DNA of 64,000 nucleotides. It comes from Eledone cirrhosa. Taxonomy: Eukaryota. The notes beneath the pieces are model-generated. The model ran no database searches, was not told the DNA's origin, and saw only the letters and a program-made list of their open reading frames with translations. Below are positions 1-11,941 of this stretch, piece after piece. A program made the translations under genes and the position numbers. Location of the stretch: positions 152,458,001 to 152,522,000 of the forward strand of contig OZ024740.1 in assembly GCA_964016885.1 (NCBI GenBank), read 5' to 3'. The first letter of the stretch is position 1. Each line of letters opens with the position of its first letter.

Positions 1-305
1 AGGCATAACCTGGTTTCTGTCACTGGGGAGTTGCGCCAAGCGTCTTTTGACTGACCATGTGACCTGAGATTCGATGTTCTTATCCTTGAGGTCCCAGATC
101 AAGTCGGCCAGTCTGATTTGGGATCGTTTCAGCCTATGTTTAAAGGAGCTACTATGGTTATACCAGCGCTCCTTAAATGTAGTGGAGGTCGCACCTATAT
201 ATGAGTACTCTTTATTACCAGGTGTGACATCACACCGGTAAACAATGTTTTTAACGAGGCACTCCCGTTTAGTGGGCATTCAGCCCGTTTCTTGCAGTTG
301 CAGTT
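1..305 (-). pseudogene. GIY-YIG endonuclease remnant of the PLE
   Basis: Manual translation of the reverse complement: CNCKKRAECPLNG / CLVKNIVYRCDVT / YSYIGATSTTFKERWYNHSSSFKH..LIWDLKDKNI..VTWSV. Confidence 0.85.
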
Positions 306-511
306 GGGTGTTACCGGTGTGGTGGCACGTTGCCGGTTGGTGGCGTACTGTGTGGAGCTGACATGTGGGTTGTTGTGTTGTGTTGTGTATGTGGTTTCGT
401 TCTGGGTTGTGGTAGTGGTTTGTTGTGGGGCAACCAGGTGTTTTCGTATTTTTGTCCTATTGGTTTGTGCTATTGTGTGGCCTAGATTTGGTGCTGTGGA
501 GAAAGAGAATT

Positions 512-2195
512 TTACAGTGTGTTTATTGAAGAGCTTGTGGTATTTATGTGTGAGTGGAAAAGATTGTTCAAGATCCCTGAAGAAGGTTCCCGGTATATTT
601 GTGGCAACGTGTATAGAATACGGGGCGTTGTACCATGTGACAGGTCTACTTCGGGCTCTGCGGTCTTTAGTGAGGTTTTTGTGGTAGTTGGTAGTATGGG
701 TGCGTTTTGGTCAGGCGTATGTGTCATGGGGGTTCCTAGTAATCTGTTGGTGTTATGTCTTTTGTCTCTATTACTACGTAAATGTGAGCGATAGTTGGAG
801 TCCTTATTGGGGTTGATGAGTATGGCTTTAACTCCTTGACGGTTGTGTGTGACGCTGGCTGCCCTGTCGGCTACAGAGGGTCTTAGGTTATTATTTGTTC
901 TAGGTGTGGTGACCTTTTCTATGTTCGTTTCTAAGGGTACGGTTAAGTTTGGCGGCGTTACGGTTCTATTTGGGTCGATGTAAGAAACCTTCTCATTAGG
1001 TTTGTGGTATGGACGGTAGTGACCTGAGTCTAATTCTAGGGTGACATCTAAAAAGTTCACTGTCCTACTGTTAGGTTCAATTTCTACCGCTAATCCTTGG
1101 GTCTTAAAGATGTACCTAAGTCGTTTGTGCAGTCTATCTAATTGGCTATTATTGAGTCCACGGGTCATTAGTAGGTCATTGTCGCGGTATAAGTCACCGC
1201 CCAAGGAGGGGGTCTCGTTTGTTAATATATTTAGGAGGTATATGCCTACTATATTTGTAACCTGTGCGGAGTCAGTCGATCCCATGGTAATGTCGAAGCT
1301 CTCTGGTCTATTCTGTCGCTCCCACAATCTACCGTCAAATTCTAGTAAAGTTTTCCTAGCTGCTAGTATGATGTCCACTTCCTTTCTAGTGAGGCTTGAT
1401 CTGTTCATGGCTGAGATCAGTGCCTTGTTAAGGATGATTGGGGGATATAGATGCGTAGTATTTCGTAATGTCCAATTGGACTAATCGAACATTCGACTTA
1501 GTTTCAATGCCACAAAACCAGTCGATTACCTCCTTTGTACAAGACCATAGGCTGAATTTAGTTCTAATCCTAAGTTCAGGTATAATCCGGTCAATAATTG
1601 ATTTGCTAAGTCTACCTAGGTCCGATTTAGAGGGGACTATGAGCCTGACCGGTAGTTTTGACTGGAAGTCCGGCTTATGGCCTTTAATGGATAGTCTCAG
1701 TGTCCTAGGGTTGTAGGGATGAGTCCTGTCGTCAATGCTCAATTCCGTCATTATTGTTTTCGCCTGTTTGTTTATGTGTGCTAGGTTTTCCCGTGTTGAT
1801 ATTTTGTATATTTTAGTGATTTCATTTGTAATGCATTTGTTGTATGTTTTGTACTCCAAATTGTATAAGTTTACCGTTTTATCGGCTGGTACGATGATGC
1901 CAGTGCGATTCCTGATCTTTTTTACAGTAGATGCGAGCCCAGACAGGAATGCACTTCTGTGAGGGTTTCGCGGTGGTTTCCTGAATCTAATGGTCCGGAC
2001 CATGGTAATGATCCTGTCCTCAAACTCCTCTAGGAGTGGGTTGTGCGGTGGGTTTTTCGTCGATTTAAAGAGTTTTATGTGGTTGGTGGAATTGTCACTT
2101 GATCCGGGGGCCCTCCTGTTGTTGTAGTGGTAGGCCCTCCAGCGGATCCTCCTGATGAAATTATTTGTCTGCTTTAGTAATAGGTTCATGTACAC
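512..2195 (-). pseudogene. Frameshifted PLE reverse transcriptase (ORFs 1428-2195 and 512-1408)
   Basis: Consecutive ORF pieces carry RT motifs in order; the YRDD motif reads YRDN. Confidence 0.85.
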
Positions 2196-2257
2196 ATCAT
2201 CCTAAGGTATAGGTATGTCCTTTAGGGAGGAAGTGTTGTAGAACTATATATATATAG

Positions 2258-2448
2258 TAATAATTGTTTCTACTTTAGGCACAAGGCCAGCAATTACCCA
2301 GTGCATTACTGGTACTTTATTTTATCGACCGCGTAAGGATGAAAAGCAAAGTCAACCTCGGCGGGATTTGAACTCAGATCGTAAGGGGACGTAACTATAC
2401 TGGAAAGCATGGCGTCCGACCCTCTACCGATACTGCTAATCCACCGCC
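2258..2448 (-). mobile_element. tRNA-derived SINE, full length (family A)
   Basis: Reverse complement begins ggcggtggattagcag, has B box gagttcaaatccc, body gccgaggttgactttg..gtcgataaaataaagtaccagt and an (atta)n tail; several more copies in the window. Confidence 0.9.
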
Positions 2449-2456
2449 ATATATAT

Positions 2457-2800
2457 AGTAATAATAATAAATTTGAAGACTAAAATCCAAAGAGGGCTCG
2501 ATAAGGATAAATATATATCAAATATATAAGAACTGTAGAACAAATATTTATTAAAATAACAGATTAAAGTTTATGTGGAACGTGAGAACAATTACACGCA
2601 AAGACAAAACCACGTTTATGGTATAACTGAAGTCGTAGACTAAAATTCTATTCAGGGAACCGAATGATTCTCGGCTTAAGAGTTAAGAATAATGTAAATA
2701 AATTACAGAGGTAATTGAAATCAACAAAAATTAAATATATACATGCACGCATCCATATACGTTCATACACATGCATACGCAAAAACACCCGCCATGGGTA
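2457..2800 (-). repeat. Dispersed repeat, probably a PLE-type terminal region (other copies at 21328-21990 and 26096-26520)
   Basis: Shared block 'aataaatttgaagactaaaatccaaagagggctcgataaggataaatatatatcaaatatataagaac' follows a TA tract in all three copies; strand inferred. Confidence 0.7.
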
Positions 2801-3193
2801 TGCAAATACAAGCACGAACAAAAAAAAAACACGCTCGCACATTCAGAACCCATGCAACGCATGTAGCCGCACACATACGAACGTATACGCCAAATACACA
2901 TAACAATATATATAAAAAATATATATATATATGTGGGTGTGTGTGCGTGTATACATATAATTATATATACGTATATAAATATACACACACAAATACGTAT
3001 ATAGCGCGCGTACACACATATGTAAATACACATATGTTCGCTAAACGTACGTCAGCACATATGTAAATACACATATGTTCGCTAAACGTACGTCAACACA
3101 TATACACACACCCTACATACGTACGAACCCGCATACTCACACAGACGCAAAACTCACGTATACACATAATGACGTATTATCTTCGTTTTTTCC

Positions 3194-3232
<39 letters not shown>

Positions 3233-3239
<7 letters not shown>

Positions 3240-4475
3240 TGTACTGCATAGGAAAATGCCAGAGATGACTGGAGGTTTATATCGTGACGATATGTTACTT
3301 TTAATTGAAAACCATCGCAATACTGAAATTAATAGGAAAAGGAAATCCATAATACAATTTTTCAACAACTACAACCTTAATTTAGAAATCGAGAATAATT
3401 GCAAAATCGTTAACTTCTTAGATGTAACCTTAAACCTTAGCACAGGTCTTTACTACCCATTCCAGAAAATTAACGAAAATCTACATTACGTAAGTTTCAA
3501 TTCTAATCATCCTAGAAATATAAAAAAACACTATTGTCAATAGCGTCTAACAATGGATTTCACGCATCTCTGCTAATAAAAATATGTTTGATGATAAGGC
3601 AGAATATTACAATGAAGCTTTACATAGAGCAGGATACTCGAATAAAGTTAAATACATAGATAACAATAACATGACAAATCATCCTAGAATTAATTATAAT
3701 AACAATAAACAATTTAACTTAAATACTAAACCAAACAAAAAGCTAGAACTAGAAATAGTATTTGGTACTCTCCCCCATTCTCATTAAGCGTTAAAACACC
3801 TTTAGCAAAGCTATTTTTTAAAGCACTAGATAAATGTTTTCCTAAAGCCCACAGATACCACTCTATTAACAGACACAATATAAAACTATCCTACTCTACT
3901 ACTATGAACATAGTACAAAATATAAATAGAATTAATAATAGAAACTTAAATTTAAACCCTAACCAAACAAACCAAGATAGCAGTAATAATATTTCTAACA
4001 ACAATATTCATAATAATAGTACCGTTTCTAATAAAAACAACTCCAGAAAATGTAACTGTAGAATTAAATCAAACTTTACAAAATAATTGCTTAGACAAAA
4101 CCGTAATTTATAAATGCACAGTTAAAACTAGAGACAAAATATTTAACTATATTGGTGCCACTTCTACAAAATTCAAAGAACGCTGGAATAACCATAAACA
4201 CACATTTAATAGATCCGATAAAAAATCTTCCACTTCACTTACACATTTAATTTCAAATTTAAAAGACAACAATATAGACTATTCAATATCATGGGGAACG
4301 ATTTCGAAAGCACCTGCATACCGAAATATGGCTTTCTCAAGATTCTGTAACTTGTGTATCGAGGACATTTTTTTATATAATTAACTGTCAAAACTCTATT
4401 AATCTTAAAACAGAATTATTTTCTAGTTGCAATCATCGCCAAAATTCAACTTTCAGAAGTATTTTTAATTCATGA
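3233..4475 (+). mobile_element. 5'-truncated Naiad-type PLE (RT C-terminal half, thumb and GIY-YIG), decayed
   Basis: 'GGLYRDDML', 'VNFLDVTLNL', 'SNHP', 'WYSPPFS', 'KLSYS', 'CNCR', 'VIYKC..YIGATSTKFKERWNNHKHTF', 'CNLC'; starts directly after (TA)n. Confidence 0.9.
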
Positions 4476-4652
4476 TATTCATTACACTTGATTATATCTT
4501 ATACACCTTTAAAATGATCCTATTATTTACTGAGTATTTTCTTTAAAAATTTAAATTTAAATTTTTTTAAAATGATTTTCCTTTTTAATTTTTAATTTTT
4601 AATTTTTAATTTTTAATATTTTTATTATTTTTACCATTTGACATAACTTTAA

Positions 4653-4847
4653 TCGAAAGATGTGTGAAAGTTTGAAGATCAAAGAAGTAAATATATTTAG
4701 AGGAGTATCCTCTAAATATATTTTTTTAGATGTAGATTGATAATCTTTAATTGACATTCTGGTAGTTATCCTCTTCACGATAGTTCTTCGAAATGCACAT
4801 TACTTTTTTCCTCTTCTTTGATCTTCAAACTTTCACACATCTTTCGA
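4653..4847. repeat. Nested inverted repeats
   Basis: 35-bp arms 4653-4687 and 4813-4847 enclose a perfect 16-bp hairpin at 4689-4723. Confidence 0.85.
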
Positions 4848-6379
4848 CTAAAATAATATATAATTGAAATTAATCTCACACAAAATAATATATAATTTTC
4901 TCTATATATTTTCTGAGTAAATCATTCATCAAATTTAACGGTTAGAAAACAAGATTGGAGTTATATTTTCCTTTTCACTCGTGCAAACATAAACATTATA
5001 TTATAATATAATATAAACTATATAACTTCGCTAAATTAACAATATTCTGAAAACATTTTCAATGTTGGAACAAAATATTTCAATCTATAAATTGTTCTCT
5101 TCTTACAACTTGAACTACGTGTTTTTTCATGTAAAATGCAGAATCAACATCCTTCGTAACTCATATGAGAAATGTAAACAACTAATAATTTTAACTTATT
5201 TCTATTTCTATAATACTTATACATGCACAGTTATTAATCTATATAGATATTTATATAACCAGTTGTAATGTAATAAGATAAAATCTACTTACAACCATAA
5301 TTCTTCATATAATCTAATTGATTATATATATAATATTATAACTCATAATATAGCTAAATAAATTTTAAATTCTGGAATCATATTCCACCATTCCCGCAAA
5401 TTGTTAATTCCTTTTAAATTAACGTAAATACAAACTCTTCTTTCTTTTTTCTTCTTCTACTTATACATACATATATCCTAATTATTTAAATTCTGCATAG
5501 CGTCTAAAAATAACGTTTTTTCAGCCCTATACCTCAACCTCATTTGCATACCCATCTTAATAATTTGAAATATCTGACTTTTCTTCTCTTTTCCTTCACT
5601 ATCCAGGAAAAATTGAACCGTTAAGGTATTTTTTCTTGGTTATGTCAACGTTTATAAAACAAACTTTGAGAGAGAGAGAGAGACAGTGAGTGGGAGTGAA
5701 GGAGAAATAAGCATGAGACATACATAGTGACTGCCGCTTCACTCATCCTCCTGGGACATGACATTCAATTTGTACAAACGGCATCAGCCAACGCGATAGC
5801 GCCCGTTCTATAACAATATCGTTACAAAATTTAAAATCGAAATCAAACATACAAGCTCAAACCCGCATAAAACTGAATCTTAATCTCGGCTGAATTTCCT
5901 AACGCGATAGATTATGTTTGCAGCGTGATTGTCCCTTTCACTTGTATGTCAGAGACTTGATGCCTTTTTACAAATACGAATCTAAAACATCACAGTAAAA
6001 TCATTCCCAGCTATAGCAGTTCCAATCCTGATTTATCTAAAGATAAATCATCTAGTGTAAAGCAATAAAGATAAAGCATCTAGTGTAAAGCAATAAAGCA
6101 TCTAGTGTAAACACAAATAAAACCAACAACCGAAAACCTCTCCGTAACTATATTCAAAAGTACAACCACAGCGACACCAGGCATAAACCACTCCCCAAAG
6201 GGAAAATTCAATTTTTGCTATAATGAATCTGGCAAAAGAATTCACAAATAGCTTTCTAGCTATCATGCATCACCACTGCCATTATCTAATTGCACAAACC
6301 TACCTAATTGCTTCCAATAAAGATCAGGCATAAAGCAAGTTCGCTGAAACTGCCTAGTCAAATCTCTAATCTAGTATCA

Positions 6380-7050
6380 ACATGTTTGCTTAATGCTGAA
6401 GGTATGAACCCTTGCAGGAAAGCACAAAACTAGAAGCTTCAATTCATTGAGGATCAGGTTGCTGATCACCCACACTATATTGAGACCAACCACAACATAG
6501 AAGCCAAAGTGAAAGTGAGGAATATCAGCACCATTTACGCGGATCATGTTGCTAGAAAAAGGGTGTAGCTGCCATTTCCTCCATGGCTCTATTACCGCAG
6601 AACAATTACCTATTCTATAATGACTACTATAGATCGGTTTCTCTGCTCAACAAAGTCAAGGATTTAATCATAATAGAGCTCTATAAGCCACCCAAAATGT
6701 ATTTACTCTGCTTCAAATTATGCGCCAACATTAAAGAATTTACCCAGCAGTGCCAATCTGGTAACATATTATTGATGGGTAACTTCAACAGCCTCTGTGT
6801 TGAGTAGTCAACAAACAGGTTAGAGTCGGGTAATTGGATCTCAACCTTTGACAAAGCAACTGTAGGGTAACTTTTCAAATTTATGGACGTGTTTTTTCCT
6901 GTCCCAAATCGTGTTGGCGCCCAAAAAATGTATTTTGGACCTAGTGTTAAGTACGATAACACTATCCAAACTATTGCTGTGGAAAAATCTCTCCTCTCAG
7001 ACAACGAAATGGTTTTCTCCAGCTTGAGATTCCATACGCACAAGGAAAGA
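6380..7050 (+). pseudogene. Highly decayed LINE APE endonuclease fragment
   Basis: Remnant motifs 'LNAEG', 'IET', 'LYKPP' and 'LLMGNFN' (GDFN-like) in the expected order. Confidence 0.45.
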
Positions 7051-7473
7051 AATTTAAGAGTAGGAGAATCAGTCGGTCATATCAACCCCAGTATTTGACT
7101 GATACTTTATTATTAATTTATCAACTCTGGGATTATGAAATGCAACGTCCAAAAAGATTTCAATTCAGAATGTACAAAAATGCCGAAACAAATATCGCAA
7201 GGCATTCTCTCTTACACTCTACATTCCCATCAATCTTCCAGCAATAATAATGATGAAGATGATGACGACGATGACGTTGATGATGTTATGACGATGACAG
7301 CGATAATGATGATGATGGTGATAATTATATAATAGGAAGATCATTTGTAGGTTTTCCATCTGTATTTCCTGTTTAAAGGTCTAATAATGAAATACATAAG
7401 CTGCGGCATGAATATTTGCAAGCGAACATCATTACAACAAACAACAACAACAGCAACAACAAAAAAAAACAAC

Positions 7474-7511
<38 letters not shown>

Positions 7512-8407
7512 CAACAACAAAAGATAGGTCCAAGGCTCTTGGCACCCGGAGGAGTTCTGGAAATTACTCCGCCCCCATGGAAAACACAATGCAATACACA
7601 TAAAATCTTCTTGAACCAAAGGGGCCACCTATACTCGAACTCCTTACCTACACTAATTACCAAAATTAATAACACCACCACCACCAAAACTAACAATATC
7701 ACCTACAACATAATCGTAAAAACAACAGTAATTTCAACCAACAGCATTTACAATCTGTACATCCCTATCATGAACAAACCATCACCCCTTCCGCCCCCCT
7801 TCAACAACAACAACACTGCCACCATGACACAACATCATCTTTAGCACTATCTTAATCTCTATCGTCACTTTCAACAAATATATCACCATTCCCATTAAAG
7901 AAACAACTCCAACCTCCACACACACACACATATCTATATATTCTTTCTAAGTATCCGCTGCATATTCAATACTTACTGTGATGATCGCCTATAATACAGT
8001 TGCGGGTGTGTATGTGACCGCTGTGGGTGTATAAATGCCCATATGTACCACGCCTGCGCAAGACATGGACAAGGGTGCGGGGGCCTACAGGTTGAGAAGG
8101 CTGCGACAGGGCGCGAGTGGTTCAATCATACAACCCCTTACCTCCTACAATAGTAATTCCTAATTTAAGAAACTACTTTGATTGACGGGTGGCAAATGAA
8201 AGGAACTAAATATACGACGGCTATGAGTGGCCAAAAATACCGATGACGTGTACAATTCTTGACCACTCATCGAATGACAACAACAGGATCTAAGCGTGCC
8301 TCGAGCTGGTCGCCAGAGAAACGATTGTAATATGTCTAATAAATTTTATTTGTCGCAACACTGATTCTCCGTTTCTTATGTGATATATATATATATATAT
8401 GTATGTT

Positions 8408-8442
<35 letters not shown>

Positions 8443-8443
8443 T

Positions 8444-8490
<47 letters not shown>

Positions 8491-8491
8491 T

Positions 8492-8537
<46 letters not shown>

Positions 8538-8542
<5 letters not shown>

Positions 8543-11500
8543 ATAAATGCTCTGAAATAGCGATATATATGTGAATATAGACATAGAATATTCGAAAATA
8601 TTCTGTATGTTTAAAATAAACATTTTGAAGACCTAATCGCTATAGAATAGAATACGTCACGTATTACAATTAGATTCTCGATAAAAGCAAGGGAAGTAAT
8701 CTACGCGTTTCATTCTCGTTAGAAATCATCAGGACTACATATCCAGTGCTTTTATCGAGAATGACACAGCTAGAGACTTATAGAATACTTAGCTGTGTAC
8801 AGGAACTGGTTTGAAAGAGCGGTTGCCGGTCCGGCAGAAATTAGAAATTGGAATAAATGCTCTGAAATAGCGATATATATGTGAATATAGACATAGAATA
8901 TTCGAAAATATTCTGTATGTTTAAAATAAACATTTTGAAGACCTAATCGCTATAGAATAGAATACGTCACGTATTACAATTAGATTCTCGATAAAAGCAA
9001 GGGAAGTAATCTACGCGTTTCATTCTCGTTAGAAATCATCAGGACTACATATCCAGTGCTTTTATCGAGAATGACACAGCTAGAGACTTATAGAATACTT
9101 AGCTGTGTACAGGAACTGGTTTGAAAGAGCGGTTGCCGGTCCGGCAGAAATTAGAAATTGGAATAAATGCTCTGAAATAGCGATATATATGTGAATATAG
9201 ACATAGAATATTCGAAAATATTCTGTATGTTTAAAATAAACATTTTGAAGACCTAATCGCTATAGAATAGAATACGTCACGTATTACAATTAGATTCTCG
9301 ATAAAAGCAAGGGAAGTAATCTACGCGTTTCATTCTCGTTAGAAATCATCAGGACTACATATCCAGTGCTTTTATCGAGAATGACACAGCTAGAGACTTA
9401 TAGAATACTTAGCTGTGTACAGGAACTGGTTTGAAAGAGCGGTTGCCGGTCCGGCAGAAATTAGAAATTGGAATAAATGCTCTGAAATAGCGATATATAT
9501 GTGAATATAGACATAGAATATTCGAAAATATTCTGTATGTTTAAAATAAACATTTTGAAGACCTAATCGCTATAGAATAGAATACGTCACGTATTACAAT
9601 TAGATTCTCGATAAAAGCAAGGGAAGTAATCTACGCGTTTCATTCTCGTTAGAAATCATCAGGACTACATATCCAGTGCTTTTATCGAGAATGACACAGC
9701 TAGAGACTTATAGAATACTTAGCTGTGTACAGGAACTGGTTTGAAAGAGCGGTTGCCGGTCCGGCAGAAATTAGAAATTGGAATAAATGCTCTGAAATAG
9801 CGATATATATGTGAATATAGACATAGAATATTCGAAAATATTCTGTATGTTTAAAATAAACATTTTGAAGACCTAATCGCTATAGAATAGAATACGTCAC
9901 GTATTACACTTAGATTCTCGATAAAAGCAAGGGAAGTAATCTACGCGTTTCATTCTCGTTAGAAATCATCAGGACTACATATCCAGTGCTTTTATCGAGA
10001 ATGACACAGCTAGAGACTTATAGAATACTTAGCTGTGTACAGGAACTGGTTTGAAAGAGCGGTTGCCGGTCCGGCAGAAATTAGAAATTGGAATAAATGC
10101 TCTGAAATAGCGATATATATGTGAATATAGACATAGAATATTCGAAAATATTCTGTATGTTTAAAATAAACATTTTGAAGACCTAATCGCTATAGAATAG
10201 AATACGTCACGTATTACAATTAGATTCTCGATAAAAGCAAGGGAAGTAATCTACGCGTTTCATTCTCGTTAGAAATCATCAGGACTACATATCCAGTGCT
10301 TTTATCGAGAATGACACAGCTAGAGACTTATAGAATACTTAGCTGTGTACAGGAACTGGTTTGAAAGAGCGGTTGCCGGTCCGGCAGAAATTAGAAATTG
10401 GAATAAATGCTCTGAAATAGCGATATATATGTGAATATAGACATAGAATATTCGAAAATATTCTGTATGTTTAAAATAAACATTTTGAAGACCTAATCGC
10501 TATAGAATAGAATACGTCACGTATTACAATTAGATTCTCGATAAAAGCAAGGGAAGTAATCTACGCGTTTCATTCTCGTTAGAAATCATCAGGACTACAT
10601 ATCCAGTGCTTTTATCGAGAATGACACAGCTAGAGACTTATAGAATACTTAGCTGTGTACAGGAACTGGTTTGAAAGAGCGGTTGCCGGTCCGGCAGAAA
10701 TTAGAAATTGGAATAAATGCTCTGAAATAGCGATATATATGTGAATATAGACATAGAATATTCGAAAATATTCTGTATGTTTAAAATAAACATTTTGAAG
10801 ACCTAATCGCTATAGAATAGAATACGTCACGTATTACAATTAGATTCTCGATAAAAGCAAGGGAAGTAATCTACGCGTTTCATTCTCGTTAGAAATCATC
10901 AGGACTACATATCCAGTGCTTTTATCGAGAATGACACAGCTAGAGACTTATAGAATACTTAGCTGTGTACAGGAACTGGTTTGAAAGAGCGGTTGCCGGT
11001 CCGGCAGAAATTAGAAATTGGAATGAATGCTCTGAAATAGCGATATATATGTGAATATAGACATAGAATATTCGAAAATATTCTGTATGTTTAAAATAAA
11101 CATTTTGAAGACCTAATCGCTATAGAATAGAATACGTCACGTATTACAATTAGATTCTCGATAAAAGCAAGGGAAGTAATCTACGCGTTTCATTCTCGTT
11201 AGAAATCATCAGGACTACATATCCAGTGCTTTTATCGAGAATGACACAGCTAGAGACTTATAGAATACTTAGCTGTGTACAGGAACTGGTTTGAAAGAGC
11301 GGTTGCCGGTCCGGCAGAAATTAGAAATTGGAATAAATGCTCTGAAATAGCGATATATATGTGAATATAGACATAGAATATTCGAAAATATTCTGTATGT
11401 TTAAAATAAACATTTTGAAGACCTAATCGCTATAGAATAGAATACGTCACGTATTACAATTAGATTCTCGATAAAAGCAAGGGAAGTAATCTACGCGTTT

Positions 11501-11941
11501 CATTCTCGTTAGAAATCATCAGGACTACATATCCAGTGCTTTTATCGAGAATGACACAGCTAGAGACTTATAGAATACTTAGCTGTGTACAGGAACTGGT
11601 TTGAAAGAGCGGTTGCCGGTCCGGCAGAAATTAGAAATTGGAATAAATGCTCTGAAATAGCGATATATATGTGAATATAGACATAGAATATTCGAAAATA
11701 TTCTGTATGTTTAAAATAAACATTTTGAAGACCTAATCGCTATAGAATAGAATACGTCACGTATTACAATTAGATTCTCGATGAAAGCAAGGGAAGTAAT
11801 CTACGCGTTTCATTCTCGTTAGAAATCATCAGGACTACATATCCAGTGCTTTTATCGAGAATGACACAGCTAGAGACTTATAGAATACTTAGCTGTGTAC
11901 AGGAACTGGTTTGAAAGAGCGGTTGCCGGTCCGGCAGAAAT
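8538..11941 (-). repeat. Tandem array of 11 x 310-bp hammerhead-containing monomer (retrozyme-like), left arm
   Basis: Exact 310-bp period (gaataaatgc at 8541, 8851 ... 11641); each unit has an HHR on the minus strand; (TA)n at the outer end. Confidence 0.95.
8696..8738 (-). ncRNA. Type I hammerhead ribozyme (first of 11 minus-strand copies, period 310)
   Basis: Reverse complement: gtagtc-CTGATGA-tttctaacgagaat-GAAA-cgcg-TA-gattac. Confidence 0.85.

Larger units (their letters stand above)
1..2245 (-). mobile_element. Degenerate Penelope-like retroelement, Naiad-type (RT plus C-terminal GIY-YIG endonuclease); 3' end runs off the window
   Basis: Minus-strand frames give the N-terminal 'SLKDIPIP..FIRRIRWRAY' and 'IVPADKT', RT motifs 'QLDITKYYASI', 'FDITMGSTDSAQ', 'DLYRDN' and 'VNFLDVTL', linker 'WYNAPYS..TNI..FP..H', a CNC..CPL.G.C knuckle and 'IVYRC..YIGATSTTFKERWYNH'. 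Several frameshifts and stops. Confidence 0.9.

Noticed and set aside
292-1962. Plus-strand ORFs overlapping the first PLE
   Set aside because: Antisense shadows of the minus-strand RT/EN coding sequence
1-4475. Selenocysteine (UGA) recoding as described for some Naiad PLEs
   Set aside because: The knuckle and endonuclease cysteines I could read are TGC/TGT, the disruptions I checked are frameshifts or TAA/TAG, and I identified no SECIS
8235-8345. Possible HHR (ccgatga ... gaaacgattgta) upstream of the 310-bp array
   Set aside because: First box is non-canonical and helices I and II are unconvincing
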